A stretch of 64,000 bases of DNA from Alphaproteobacteria bacterium (GTDB lineage: Bacteria > Pseudomonadota > Alphaproteobacteria > UBA828): contig CBDCCI010000002.1 of NCBI GenBank assembly GCA_965214705.1, forward strand, positions 2,336,001-2,400,000. The letters run 5' to 3'. The notes beneath the pieces were generated by a model that worked only from the letters and a program-made list of their open reading frames with translations, was not told where the DNA came from and searched no databases. Position numbers and translations under genes: made by a program. Positions within the stretch are counted from its first letter, which is position 1. Every line of letters starts with the position of its first letter. Shown in pieces: positions 19,071 through 29,453 of the stretch.

Positions 19071-21401
19071 TTACATCCCGACCCGCGACTTGTCGGGATC
19101 GTGGAAGGGGAACGGCACCACCGTCGCCTCCAGGCGCTTCTGTACGCCGTCGAGCTGGCCGACCTCGACGGCGGTCCCCGTCTCGGCATGCTCCACCGCC
19201 ATGCGGCAGAGCGCAATGGACTTGCCCGTCATCGGCGAGCGGGTGCCCGATGTCACCACACCGACCCGGTGGCGACTGACGAACACGCCATCGCCGTGGC
19301 TTGCCACTTCGTCGCCCGTGAGCTGGAGACCCACCAGGACTCGCTGGGGGTTGGCCTTACGCTTGACCAGCGCCGCCTTGCCGCAGAAATCGTCCTCCTT
19401 GGACTTGAGCGGCACGGTGAAGCCAATTCCCGCTTCGAAGGGGTCGGTCTGATCGTCGAACTCGTAGCCTGAGAAGATCAGACCGGCCTCGATCCGCAGG
19501 ATATCCAGGGCCTCCAGGCCGAGCGGGCCGAGTCCGTGTGGCTCGCCCGCCGCCCACACCGTATCCCACACCGCCTCGCAGTCGGTCGGGTGGCAGAAAA
19601 TCTCGTAGCCGAGCTCGCCGGTGTAGCCCGTGCGCGAGACCACGACCGCCGGCCCGTCCGGGTCGCCCAGCCGGCCGACGGAGAAGCGGAACCAGCCGAG
19701 CTCGTCGATGCTCGGCTGGGCCGGCGGCGTCCATACGACCTCGCTCACCACCCGCCGGCTCAGCGGCCCCTGAACCGAGAGGTTGTGGAGCTGATCGGTG
19801 GATGAGCGGACCCACACGTCGAGGCCGAGCTTTTGGGCCTGCTCGCGCAGCCAGGCACCACCCTGATCGCAGCCGCCGATCCAACGGAAGTTGTCCTGGC
19901 CCAGCCGGAACAGGGTTCCGTCGTCGAGCATCGTGCCGGTGTCGTAGCACATGGCGGTGTAGACCACCTGGCCCACCGCGAGCTTCCGCACGTTGCGGGT
20001 CAGGCAGTGCTGCAGCAGCGCCTCCGCCCCCGGCCCCAGCACCTCGAACTTGCGGAGCGGCGAGAGATCGACGGCGGCGACCCGCTCGCGGCAGGCCCAG
20101 TATTCGGCGATCGGCCCGACGCCGGTGTAGCTGTTGGGCAGCCAGTAGCCGTTGTACTCGACGAAATCGCGCGTGCGGCCGCTGGTGCGGGCGTGGAAGC
20201 CGGTTTCCTTGGTCATGGTCACGTCCGCATCCGGTTGCTTGTAGTGGCCGACGGCGCGCGTGAAGGACTCCGTCTCCGGATAGACGCGCACGTGAATGTC
20301 GGTGGGGTTCCAACCGTTCGCCGCGTCGATGTCGTCCGGGCAGGCGGACGAGACGCAGACCAGATCGGTCAATGCCCGCAGCAGGACGTAGTCGCCGGGC
20401 CGCGACCACGGCTCGTCGAGCACGAACAGGTTCTGGCCGTCGACCTCGGTGTTGTAGAAGAAGTTCATGGCCATCCAGCCGCGCCGGGGCTGAATCGCGT
20501 ACGATTCCAGAGCCATGTTGAAGTTGTCCGAGCAGTTGGCGTGGCCCGGATAGCCCTGGTCCTCGTAGTACTTGGCCGCGCAGGCGAGACCGAAGGCGTC
20601 GTGGCGCATGCAGGTGTCCCGCACCACCTCGACCAGCGCCTCGAAATCCTGGTCGAGATACTTGGCCCGCTGTCCAGGATGGGGATAGCCGAGCCCCATC
20701 AGCGAGCGGGTCGTGGTCACGTCGAGGCAGCGCTCGACTCCCTCATCCAGCCGCGCCCGGTGGAACGCCTGGAAGTCCGTGCACTGGCGCCCTTCGACAT
20801 CGATGATCTGGAACCACTCGCCGGCGCGCACCTCGTAGCTCGCGGCCGTGCGGCGGTCGATCCGCTGATCGAGGCGGGGGTCCGCCAGTGGCTCGGGCAG
20901 CACAGCCTCGCCCGCTGGCAAGGCACCTGCGACCCGCTCGACGAACACCACGATGGGCGTCGGCGGGTCCTGCCCGTCGGCCGCCATCGGCGCACCGGGC
21001 GTCGCCACGATCACCGTGCCGGCGCCGCTCGCAGCGAACGACGCCTCCTCGCCGGCGCGGCTCTCCGGCCCGAACAGATCGAGAGACGAAGCGCCTTTCA
21101 GGTCGCGGTCGACGTGTGCAACGCCGTCGGCCAGAAGCCGGCGGAGGCCAGCGGCATTCCCCCCTGCCCTCTCCCCTAGCAGGCTTTCGACGAACCGGGC
21201 GTCGTCCGCCACGCAGACCAGCTCGCAGGCCTGCCCGCCTTCGGCATTGACGAGACGGATGACGTCGCCGCCCGCGATCCGTATGGCCCGCGCGCTTCGG
21301 CCCGGAACGACGTGGCGTTCCACTCCAGGCGGGAGCGCGAGAAGGCCCGGACGCCGCACGCCGCGCGGAAACTGAGCGCCACCGGCTGAAACGAGTTCCA
21401 T
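19071..21401 (-). CDS. tdm: Trimethylamine N-oxide demethylase (DUF1989 domain plus GcvT-like THF-binding domain)
   Basis: IIDVEGRQCTDF, RHDAFGLAC..YY...HANCSDNF, SACPDD, NPTDIHVR, then GcvT motifs (DLSPLRKFE, SRTGYTGELGYE, LRIEAG); last gene of the tmoXWV operon. Confidence 0.88.
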   Translation of the reverse strand: MELVSAGGAQFPRGVRRPGLLALPPGVERHVVPGRSARAIRIAGGDVIRLVNAEGGQACELVCVADDARFVESLLGERAGGNAAGLRRLLADGVAHVDRDLKGASSLDLFGPESRAGEEASFAASGAGTVIVATPGAPMAADGQDPPTPIVVFVERVAGALPAGEAVLPEPLADPRLDQRIDRRTAASYEVRAGEWFQIIDVEGRQCTDFQAFHRARLDEGVERCLDVTTTRSLMGLGYPHPGQRAKYLDQDFEALVEVVRDTCMRHDAFGLACAAKYYEDQGYPGHANCSDNFNMALESYAIQPRRGWMAMNFFYNTEVDGQNLFVLDEPWSRPGDYVLLRALTDLVCVSSACPDDIDAANGWNPTDIHVRVYPETESFTRAVGHYKQPDADVTMTKETGFHARTSGRTRDFVEYNGYWLPNSYTGVGPIAEYWACRERVAAVDLSPLRKFEVLGPGAEALLQHCLTRNVRKLAVGQVVYTAMCYDTGTMLDDGTLFRLGQDNFRWIGGCDQGGAWLREQAQKLGLDVWVRSSTDQLHNLSVQGPLSRRVVSEVVWTPPAQPSIDELGWFRFSVGRLGDPDGPAVVVSRTGYTGELGYEIFCHPTDCEAVWDTVWAAGEPHGLGPLGLEALDILRIEAGLIFSGYEFDDQTDPFEAGIGFTVPLKSKEDDFCGKAALVKRKANPQRVLVGLQLTGDEVASHGDGVFVSRHRVGVVTSGTRSPMTGKSIALCRMAVEHAETGTAVEVGQLDGVQKRLEATVVPFPFHDPDKSRVGM

Positions 21402-21425
21402 GACGTGCCCTTTCCGTGGCTTCGC

Positions 21426-23426
21426 TCAGGCCAGTCCCAGTTGGCGCCGACGCTGCTCGGACCACTCCACGACCAGGCGATCGACCGTGAGACCGATGAA
21501 CGCCACGCAGAGTCCGATCACGAGGCCTTTGCCCGCATCAGCGAAGGTGAGCGCCCGGAAGATCTCCTGCCCTAAGTCCTTGGTCCCGATGAAGGCCGCG
21601 ATGATCACCATGAAAAGTCCGAACATGATGGTCTGGTTGACCCCCAGCATGATCTCGGGGAAAGCCAGCGGCATCCGCACCATCCACAGGATCTGCCGGG
21701 GCGTGCAGCCAGCGGTGATCGCCGCCTCGATGGTCTCGTTGGGCACGCCGCGCAGGCCAAAGATCGTGTAGCGGACGATGGGGATTGCCGCGTAGATCAC
21801 GATGGCGGTGATCGCCGCCACGTCGCCCACCTGGAACAGCATGATCACCGGGATCAGGTAAATGAACGACGGGAAGGTCTGGAAGGTATCGCAGAGGAGC
21901 TGCACGAACCGTGTGCGCCCCGCCGTCTTCGATGCCCAGATACCGAGCGGCAGCCCGAAAATCAGACAGAGGATCAGCGCGAAGAAGACCATGTAGGCGG
22001 TGATCGACGCACGCTCCCAGAAGCCCGTGAGCGCGATGAAGCAGACGAAGCCCGCCGCGGTCGCCGCGAGCCGCGGGCCCGCAAGGCGCCAGCCGATGGC
22101 GCCGGCCAGCGACGCCACCGCAATCCACGGCATCCACTGGAAGCCCGTGCGCAGCGGGATCAGCACGTGGACGAGCAGGCCGTCGCGAATGACGGACAGC
22201 GGGTCGTAGAGCGTGAACGTGATGAATTCCACGACCATGTCCCAGAAGGGCGCGGTGGTGATCGTAGCGTTCTTGGGCAGCATCTGGGCGTAGGGCGTCA
22301 GTAACGACAGGACAATCGAGACGACAATGATGACAGCGGCCACCATCAGATAGGGATGCACGCGCCAGAAGGGGCCGTCGGGGCGACGCTCGGGCTGCTT
22401 CTCGGAGAGTGCGCGGCTCAGCCGGTCGAGCATCACCGCCATCAACACCACGGCGACGCCGTTCTCCAGCGCCTGCCCGAGACGCAGGCTCTGCAGGCGG
22501 AACAGAAGGTCCTGCCCCAGCCCCTTGGCGCCGACGAAGGAAGCGATCACGACCATCGCCAGGCACTGCATGATGACCTGGTTGACACCCAGCATGAGCG
22601 AATCGCGCGCGGCCGGAATCTCGACCCTGAAGAGCATCTGCCAGCGCGTGCAGCCGGCCATCACGCCGGCCTCGCGCACTTCCTCGGAGACGCCCTTGAG
22701 CCCGAGCAGCGTGAGCCGCGTCATAGGCGGTATGGCGAAGAGGATGGTGGCGATGGCGCCGGCCCGGTGGGAGACGCCGATGAAGAGTGCGACCGGGATC
22801 AGGTAGGAGAAATGCGGCAGCGACTGCATGACGTTGAGGAGCGGCCACAGCGCCCGCTCGAAGGGCCGTGACTTGGCCCCCACCACGCCAAGCGCCAAGC
22901 CGACGGCGGCTGCGATCGGCGCCGCGACCAGAACGACGGAAAGCGTCGTCATCGAGAGCGACCACTTGCCGAAGACGGCGAAATAGACGATGCAGCCGCC
23001 GGCCAGCAGCGCGAGCCGCCAGCCCTTCAGCCACCAACCGAAGACCGCAGCGAGGCCGGCGATCATCACCCATGGGATGGCAGGGATGCCGATCGACCTG
23101 AAGCCACCGGCGAGCAGGCCGTGAACGATGTCGAGCGGCCACTCGATCCCGAAGGCGATCGCCCGCGTTACATCCTTGACCGTGAAGACGCCGAAGATCT
23201 CGTGCTTGTGGAAGACGTTGACGACGACGTTGATCCAGTCGATGAAGGGCACCGCGATGTCCCTGGGCCAGACGATCCCGGCCTCGGGCAGAACGGGCTT
23301 GAGCGCCAACAGAACCACAAAGGGCACCAGAACGAGCAGCGGCCCCGCACCCGGCGTGCGCCAGAGGCGGCGTGTCGTCGCAATCGACCCTGCGATCGAT
23401 CCTCCGAGGGTCCGCTCTGCGGCCAT
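21426..23426 (-). CDS. tmoV: TMAO / glycine betaine-type ABC permease with two fused ProW-like domains
   Basis: Two repeats of Q(S/T)xPxFxYLIPV...EAxxxAGCTxxQ...GVNQ; lies between the ATPase and tdm. Confidence 0.8.
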   Translation of the reverse strand: MAAERTLGGSIAGSIATTRRLWRTPGAGPLLVLVPFVVLLALKPVLPEAGIVWPRDIAVPFIDWINVVVNVFHKHEIFGVFTVKDVTRAIAFGIEWPLDIVHGLLAGGFRSIGIPAIPWVMIAGLAAVFGWWLKGWRLALLAGGCIVYFAVFGKWSLSMTTLSVVLVAAPIAAAVGLALGVVGAKSRPFERALWPLLNVMQSLPHFSYLIPVALFIGVSHRAGAIATILFAIPPMTRLTLLGLKGVSEEVREAGVMAGCTRWQMLFRVEIPAARDSLMLGVNQVIMQCLAMVVIASFVGAKGLGQDLLFRLQSLRLGQALENGVAVVLMAVMLDRLSRALSEKQPERRPDGPFWRVHPYLMVAAVIIVVSIVLSLLTPYAQMLPKNATITTAPFWDMVVEFITFTLYDPLSVIRDGLLVHVLIPLRTGFQWMPWIAVASLAGAIGWRLAGPRLAATAAGFVCFIALTGFWERASITAYMVFFALILCLIFGLPLGIWASKTAGRTRFVQLLCDTFQTFPSFIYLIPVIMLFQVGDVAAITAIVIYAAIPIVRYTIFGLRGVPNETIEAAITAGCTPRQILWMVRMPLAFPEIMLGVNQTIMFGLFMVIIAAFIGTKDLGQEIFRALTFADAGKGLVIGLCVAFIGLTVDRLVVEWSEQRRRQLGLA

Positions 23427-23429
23427 GAC

Positions 23430-24452
23430 TTACGAGCGGTCGGCGTACATCGCGTCGACGAGGCCGTAGCGGTCGACCACGCCGACCATCCGGCCTCTCT
23501 CGTCGACGACTGCCACCGGGCGCTCGGCTTCGATCACCTGCGGCGCGACGTCCGCCAGGGTGGCGTCCGCCTCGACCTCGCCTTGCGTCGTCTCGCCCGC
23601 GGCAGCGGGGCGCACAGCCGTCGCCACTGTGAGCAGGCGATCCCGCGCCACGTCCTTGGTGAACTCGCGCACGTAGTCGGTCTCGGGGTTCTCGATCAGC
23701 TCGGTGGCGGTGCCGGCCTGCTCGATGATGCCGTCCTTCATGATGATGATGCGGTCGGCGAGCCGGATGGCCTCATCGAAGTCATGCGTGATGAACAGGA
23801 TCGTCTTGTGCAGCATGTTCTGCAGACGCAGGAACTCGTTCTGCATCTCGCGGCGGATGAGCGGATCGAGAGCGGAGAAGGGCTCGTCGAGGAACCAGAG
23901 CTCGGGCCCCACCGCGAGCGACCGGGCAATTCCGACGCGCTGCTGCTGCCCGCCGGAGAGCTCGCGCGGGTAATAGCGCTCGCGCCCTTCGAGGCCGACG
24001 AGCTCGATCATCTCGCGGGCACGAGTCTCCCGCGTGCGACGGTCGATGCCCTGGACCTCGAGCGGAAAGGCCACGTTCTGCAACACCGTGCGGTGGGGCA
24101 GCAGCGCGAAGTGCTGGAACACCATGCCCATCTTGTGGCGGCGGAGCTGCGTCAGCTCGCGGTTGGTCGCCTTGAGCAGGTCCTGGCCCTCGAACACGAT
24201 CGCGCCGGCGGTGGGCTCGATCAAGCGGGCGAGGCAACGGAGCAGCGTGGACTTGCCGGAGCCCGAGAGCCCCATGATCACCAGGATCTCGCCGGCGTTG
24301 ACCTCTAGCGAGGCGTCGCGGACGGCGGGGATGTAGCCCTCGTCAAGAATGGCGGAGAGACCGGGCGCGCCCCCGTGTCTGTCCATGAACGGCCGGGGTT
24401 TGGGGCCGAACAGCTTCCAGACGCTGCTGCACGTGAGAATAGGTTCGGCCAA
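23430..24452 (-). CDS. tmoW: ProV-like ABC ATP-binding protein
   Basis: GLSGSGKST, LSGGQQQRVGIAR, DEPFSALDPLIR. TTG start after GGGGAGG. Confidence 0.85.
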   Translation of the reverse strand: MAEPILTCSSVWKLFGPKPRPFMDRHGGAPGLSAILDEGYIPAVRDASLEVNAGEILVIMGLSGSGKSTLLRCLARLIEPTAGAIVFEGQDLLKATNRELTQLRRHKMGMVFQHFALLPHRTVLQNVAFPLEVQGIDRRTRETRAREMIELVGLEGRERYYPRELSGGQQQRVGIARSLAVGPELWFLDEPFSALDPLIRREMQNEFLRLQNMLHKTILFITHDFDEAIRLADRIIIMKDGIIEQAGTATELIENPETDYVREFTKDVARDRLLTVATAVRPAAAGETTQGEVEADATLADVAPQVIEAERPVAVVDERGRMVGVVDRYGLVDAMYADRS

Positions 24453-24560
24453 ATCGCACCTCCCCGCCACGGCAGAGCGCGTGCCGCTACCCCACCTCGT
24501 CGGCGCTTCGCTCCATCGTTGGCGGCGATGGGCGCGAATACTATGTGCCGGCAGGGGCAT

Positions 24561-24607
24561 GAAATAAAGCGAGGGCGCCGCCACAGGGAGTCAAGGCGGC
24601 GCCCTCG
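24561..24607 (-). terminator. Intrinsic terminator or stabilising hairpin after tmoX
   Basis: 13-bp stem CGAGGGCGCCGCC (24570-24582) / GGCGGCGCCCTCG (24595-24607), followed on the minus strand by CTTTATTTC. Confidence 0.75.
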
Positions 24608-24624
24608 TAGCCAAGGACTCTGGG

Positions 24625-25593
24625 TTAGTTAACCCAGGACATCCACTTGGCTTCGTTGTCGGCCAGCCACTTGTCGGCCGCTTCTTCGACCTCCATGCCG
24701 TCGATGTCGACGAGCTTGGACATCACCGCGATATCGAGATTGGTCAGGTTCATCTTCGAAACGATGGCATAGACCGTCGGCCACTTGTCGGGCATGCCCT
24801 TCCAGACGCCGATCTTGAGATAACCGTCCTTCGGGTTGCCGCAGTCATAGGTCATGTCGGGATTGGGACCCCAGGCCGGGTCGTCCTTGCAGCCCTCGCC
24901 ATACTCCGGGAACTCGACGAACTTGCCGTCGTAGATCGCCTCGATGAAGTTGGGCGTCCAGTTGAAGTGCACGATCGGCGCCTTGCGCTCGAACGCCGAT
25001 GCGAGCTCCGCCCAGATCGCCGCGGCCGAGCCGGCGTTCACCACTTCGAAGTCCATGCCGAGGCCTTCGACGCGCTCAGCGTCGTGCTTCAACCAGTCGA
25101 CCGGCCCGCCGAGGAAGCGACCCTTCGGAGCCGTCTCGGCAGTCGCGAACATCTCGGCGCAGGCATTCAGCGCCTCCCAGTCGGGCAGGCCCGGGCACTG
25201 CTCCTCGACATAACTGGGATACCACCACTCCTCGCGGGTCTTGGCGTCGTGGGTCGCAGCGTCGATCACGCAGCCTTCGCCAACGACCTGCTCGAACGCC
25301 ACGCCGAACGCGCCCTGCCAGACCTCGTGGACCACGTCGATGTCACCCTCGCACATGGAGGTGTAAACCACCTGGCTGTCGGCGGGGATGAACTCGGTCT
25401 CGAAGCCTTGGCCGTTCAGAATCTTGCCCAAAACGTGGGCACCCACGATCTGGCTTGACCAGTTATGGATCGGGATCTTGATCGGGTCGTCGGAATCCGC
25501 GGCCTGAGCCACGCCGGACACGGCGCCCGACAAGCCGATCGCGGCCCCTGTGACGAGCGCGATTGCCCACCGCCTCATATTTGTACCCACCAT
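24625..25593 (-). CDS. tmoX: TMAO ABC transporter substrate-binding protein
   Basis: Signal peptide; IPIHNWSSQIV, HEVWQGAFG, TREEWWYP, FNWTPNF and DCGNP match TmoX as recalled; GAGGAGG RBS; tdm and tor context. Confidence 0.87.
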   Translation of the reverse strand: MVGTNMRRWAIALVTGAAIGLSGAVSGVAQAADSDDPIKIPIHNWSSQIVGAHVLGKILNGQGFETEFIPADSQVVYTSMCEGDIDVVHEVWQGAFGVAFEQVVGEGCVIDAATHDAKTREEWWYPSYVEEQCPGLPDWEALNACAEMFATAETAPKGRFLGGPVDWLKHDAERVEGLGMDFEVVNAGSAAAIWAELASAFERKAPIVHFNWTPNFIEAIYDGKFVEFPEYGEGCKDDPAWGPNPDMTYDCGNPKDGYLKIGVWKGMPDKWPTVYAIVSKMNLTNLDIAVMSKLVDIDGMEVEEAADKWLADNEAKWMSWVN

Positions 25594-25673
25594 AGTCGCC
25601 TCCTCGTTAGTGCTCGCATGAGCGTGTCTCGTGCGCGGGCCCTCCGCGCCGAGCCTGCAAGCCTAGAGAGGCG

Positions 25674-25735
25674 TTGTGAACAAGACAGACCCTTGCGATA
25701 AACAGCCTGTAAAAGATCATGAAAGATGTGAAAAT
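25674..25735. promoter_or_regulatory. Putative TorR boxes in the divergent tmoX/torR promoter
   Basis: Phased decamers TTGTGAACAA (25674), CGATAAACAG (25696), CTGTAAAAGA (25707), TCATGAAAGA (25717) resemble the reverse complement of the E. coli tor box CTGTTCATAT. Confidence 0.55.
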
Positions 25736-25765
25736 GAGGTGGAGATTGAGGCGCGGGGCCCGGAG

Positions 25766-26470
25766 ATGACGGACCCGTATCACATCGTCGTGGTCGAGGA
25801 CGACGCCGTCACCCGCACCAAGCTCGCCGGCTATGCCCAGGCGGCAGGCCACCGGGTGAGCGAGGCGGAGGACGGCGAACGCATGTGGCGCATCCTCGAA
25901 AGGGATGCCGCCGACCTCATCCTGCTCGACATCAACCTGCCGCGCGAAGACGGACTCGATCTGACCCGCAAGCTCAGGGCGCAAAGCAACGTCGGGATCA
26001 TCCTCGTGACGGTGCGCGACGACGACGTGGACCGGATCCTGGGTCTCGAGATTGGCGCCGACGACTACATCACCAAGCCTTTCAACCCGCGGGAGCTGCT
26101 CGCGCGCGTCAAAAGCGTTCTGCGCCGCGCCAAGGAGGGCACGCGGGAGCCCTTCTCGGGGCGCCGCTTCGCCGGTTGGGAGTTCTCCTCAGCGGCCCGC
26201 AAGCTGGTCTCGCCGGAGGGCGAGACGGTGCAGTTGACCCGGGCCGAGCACGAGCTGCTCGCAGCCCTGGTAGATCATCCGGGCCAGGTGCTCTCGCGGG
26301 AACGTCTGCTCGCGCTGATCACTCACCGGTCCTGGGAGCCGGGCGACCGGACCATCGATGTTCTGGTCCGACGGCTTCGGCGCAAGATCGAGCAGAATCC
26401 GAAGAACCCCGAGATCATCGTGACCGCGCACGGCGAGGGCTACCTGTTCACCCCGGCAGTGACCACCTGA
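25766..26470 (+). CDS. torR: OmpR-family response regulator TorR
   Basis: VVEDDAVTR, LLDINLP, GADDYITKPF, DRTIDVLVRRLR, TAHGEGY; adjacent to torS and torT. Confidence 0.88.
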   Translation: MTDPYHIVVVEDDAVTRTKLAGYAQAAGHRVSEAEDGERMWRILERDAADLILLDINLPREDGLDLTRKLRAQSNVGIILVTVRDDDVDRILGLEIGADDYITKPFNPRELLARVKSVLRRAKEGTREPFSGRRFAGWEFSSAARKLVSPEGETVQLTRAEHELLAALVDHPGQVLSRERLLALITHRSWEPGDRTIDVLVRRLRRKIEQNPKNPEIIVTAHGEGYLFTPAVTT

Positions 26471-29406
26471 CCCTCACGTTCGGCTGTTTCGAGACCCGCC
26501 CAGAGCGTCACCAGCGCCTCGCGCGATTCGTCGAACAACCGGTCCAGGTCCTCGGCAACTGCCGCCGCCTCTGGCGTGCGGGCGCGCGCCTCGAGCACGC
26601 CGCAGCGGTCCGCGAGGCGGCGCAGCCCAAGGCTGCCGGCGGCTCCTCTCAGCGCGTGGGCGAGGTCCGCCGCCCGCTCGGTCCGCCCCTCGGCCAGCGC
26701 CTGCCTGATGCCCTCAATCTGAGCCGGTGCCGTCTCGATAAAGGTATCGACCATCAAGCCGCCGCGCTCCGCCCCCAGCACCGCGCGATCCTGCGCGAGG
26801 ACGGCGGGATCGATGATCGCCTCCCCGCTGTCACCGGCACGGCCGCCGTCCATGGCGGCGCGCTCGCCGGGCGTGCGGCCGAGAACGCTGGCGATGGTCT
26901 GCGCCAGGCCATCCGGCGCGATGGGCTTGCCGATGAAGGCATCCATCCCTGACTGCAGGTGCTGGGCGACCTCGTTGTCGAACACGTGAGCCGACATGGC
27001 GATGACCGGCAACGAGCGAATCGCCGCATCGGCGTGGGCGCGGATGCGCTGCGTCGCCTCGATGCCGTCGATGCCGGGCAGGCTGATGTCCATGAGGACG
27101 AGATCGAACGCCTGCTCCTCCAGCAGTTCGAGCCCCTCCTCCGCGGTGGGCGCGACGAGGGGCTTGTGCCCCATCCTGGCGACGAAGGCCTCCACCACCA
27201 TGGCGTTGACCACGTTGTCCTCCACGATAAGGACGTCGAGCGATTGGCCGTGGCCGGCTGCCTCGTATGCTACCGCCTCGACCGGCGGCTGGACCGCGGC
27301 TTCGCCCTGCGGCAGTGGCAGCGAAACGGAGAAGCAGCTGCCGTCTCCCACTTCCGTCTCCACTGCGATGTCGCCCCCCATCGCCGTGACCAGCCGCCTG
27401 GAAATGGCGAGTCCGAGCCCGGTGCCGGTCTGCTGCCCGTGCCGGCGCGACGCGGCGGCCTGATAGAAGGGCTCGAAGAGATGGGCGAGGTCGGCTGCGG
27501 CGATGCCGGGGCCGGTGTCCCGCACGGCCAAGCGGATCGCATCGGGCTCCGCGCCGTTCGAGACCTCGAGCGTGACGGCGCCGCGCTCCGTGAACTTGAT
27601 GCCGTTGCCAAGCAAGTTGAGCAGCACCTGGCTGAGCTTTTGGCGATCGCCTGCCACCGCCGTGGGCACGCCGTCCTCGATCGCCAGGTCCAGGGCTAGG
27701 TCCTTCTCCCTGGCGCGCCCCTGCATCAGCACCACGATGTCCTCGACCAGCTCGTGCAGGTCGAAGACCGCGCGCTCCACCTCGATCTCGCCCGATTCGA
27801 CCCGCGAGTAGTCGAGTATGTCGTTGAGAATGCCGAGCAGGATTTCGCTCGACGAGCGCATGACCCTCACCTGCTGGCGCTGCCGCTCGTTGAGCGGACC
27901 GTCGGCCATGAGCCGCAGCATGCCGAGAACCCCGTTCATCGGGGTGCGGATCTCATGGCTCATGGTGGCGAGGAACTCCGACTTGGCGCGGCTCGCCTGC
28001 TCGGCGCGGGCGCGGGCGCGATCGTGGTTGCGTACCTCCTCGACCAGCCGGGCATTGGCCTCGGTCAGCTGCGCCGTGCGTTCCGCGACCAGTCTCTCCA
28101 GGTGCTCCTTGTGCTGCCGCAACTCGGCGTTGGTCTGTTCCCGCTCCTTCTCAAGCTCCCGCTTGCCGATCGCCTGGTCGCGGAAGACGCGCACCGTATC
28201 GGCCATGTCGGAGAGCTCGTCCTTCCCTCCCTCGGGCACATCGACGTCGAGCCGCCCCGCCGCGAGGCTCTGCATGACCCCGTGCAGCGATGTGAGCCGG
28301 TGGACGATATTGCGATGGACGTAGAGCCAGGCGATGGCGACCGCGATCGCGATGAACAGCACAATCTGGAGGAGGACGGTGAGGCCGCCGAACTCGACGG
28401 CACTATCCGCCGCCGCGGATGCGTCGGCGGCGATCTGCTGGGAGCGGGAGACGACCGCCGCGACGCCCTCGTTCATGCGGTCGGTCAAGGCGCGGTTGTC
28501 GTCCGCCAGGACCGCGAGCGCCGCATCGAGGTGTAGCGCCCGGCGGCGCTGGTTGAACAAGCCGAGCGTGCCGGGGGGCCCGTCGGAGGCGAGCGCGGCG
28601 ACGAGCGACCCCGCCTGCTCGCGGCGGATTGGGTCATCAATCAGAGCCACCCGGCGCTCGAGAATGCGGAGGTTGCCGCTGTAGCGCTCCTCGATCCATT
28701 CGATCTCGCCGGTATCCCGCGCGCGGCCGAGCTGGTTCAGCAGCAGACCCTGCTCCGAGGCGCGCATCCTGAGTTCGAACATCCGCTCCAGCAGGAAGAG
28801 ATCGGCCTCCACCAGCCGGTCGAAGGCGTCCAGCATGGCCGCGAGGCGCGCGGTATCCTCGGCAAGCTCGTAGAGATTGGAGATGACCACCGTCGCGCCG
28901 GACGCCGCGTTGGAGGTCAGCGTCTCCGAGAGCGCGGAGAGCTCGCCGGCCGCATCCAGCGTCCGCGCGACCGAAGCGGCCAGCACGGCATTCATCCCGA
29001 TCCGCGCCGCGACGAGCTCGTCCTGCCGGTTCAGGTTCGCGGCAAGCGCCGACACCACGCCGCGCAGCTCCGCCACTTCCTGTTCGGGAAAGCCGTAACC
29101 TTCAAGCACGTCGAGGCGGGCAGAGAGCAGATCGGTCGTGGACCGCAGGATGTTGGCCTGGGTCTGCCGCTCCCTCTGGCTTTCTGCGGTAGCGAGCAGG
29201 GCGCCGTGCGCCGCGATTTGGGTGGAAGTCTCGGCGATGATCCGCCCCTCGGCGATCGCCGGCATGGCCTCATCCACGATCGTCGTCTGCGCAGTGTCGA
29301 CGTTGCGCAGAACGACCCAGCCGATGATCCCGGCTGCGATCGAGAGAGCCGCCACCCCCGCAAACGAAGCGAACAGGCGGCTCGCGATGCCGAAGCGGCC
29401 GAACAT
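26440..29406 (-). CDS. torS: TMAO sensor hybrid histidine kinase TorS
   Basis: Large helical periplasmic domain (LERMFELR), HAMP, FLATMSHEIRTPMNG, G-boxes, receiver (MDISLPG), HPt (AHALRGAAG). Confidence 0.88.
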   Translation of the reverse strand: MFGRFGIASRLFASFAGVAALSIAAGIIGWVVLRNVDTAQTTIVDEAMPAIAEGRIIAETSTQIAAHGALLATAESQRERQTQANILRSTTDLLSARLDVLEGYGFPEQEVAELRGVVSALAANLNRQDELVAARIGMNAVLAASVARTLDAAGELSALSETLTSNAASGATVVISNLYELAEDTARLAAMLDAFDRLVEADLFLLERMFELRMRASEQGLLLNQLGRARDTGEIEWIEERYSGNLRILERRVALIDDPIRREQAGSLVAALASDGPPGTLGLFNQRRRALHLDAALAVLADDNRALTDRMNEGVAAVVSRSQQIAADASAAADSAVEFGGLTVLLQIVLFIAIAVAIAWLYVHRNIVHRLTSLHGVMQSLAAGRLDVDVPEGGKDELSDMADTVRVFRDQAIGKRELEKEREQTNAELRQHKEHLERLVAERTAQLTEANARLVEEVRNHDRARARAEQASRAKSEFLATMSHEIRTPMNGVLGMLRLMADGPLNERQRQQVRVMRSSSEILLGILNDILDYSRVESGEIEVERAVFDLHELVEDIVVLMQGRAREKDLALDLAIEDGVPTAVAGDRQKLSQVLLNLLGNGIKFTERGAVTLEVSNGAEPDAIRLAVRDTGPGIAAADLAHLFEPFYQAAASRRHGQQTGTGLGLAISRRLVTAMGGDIAVETEVGDGSCFSVSLPLPQGEAAVQPPVEAVAYEAAGHGQSLDVLIVEDNVVNAMVVEAFVARMGHKPLVAPTAEEGLELLEEQAFDLVLMDISLPGIDGIEATQRIRAHADAAIRSLPVIAMSAHVFDNEVAQHLQSGMDAFIGKPIAPDGLAQTIASVLGRTPGERAAMDGGRAGDSGEAIIDPAVLAQDRAVLGAERGGLMVDTFIETAPAQIEGIRQALAEGRTERAADLAHALRGAAGSLGLRRLADRCGVLEARARTPEAAAVAEDLDRLFDESREALVTLWAGLETAEREGQVVTAGVNR

Positions 29407-29453
29407 CGCGAAATTAGAACACCGGTTGGAATTGAAAGGCAATCGGCCGCATC

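Noticed and set aside
26440-26470. 31-bp convergent overlap of torR and torS
   Set aside because: Short tail-to-tail overlaps are common; no further signal.
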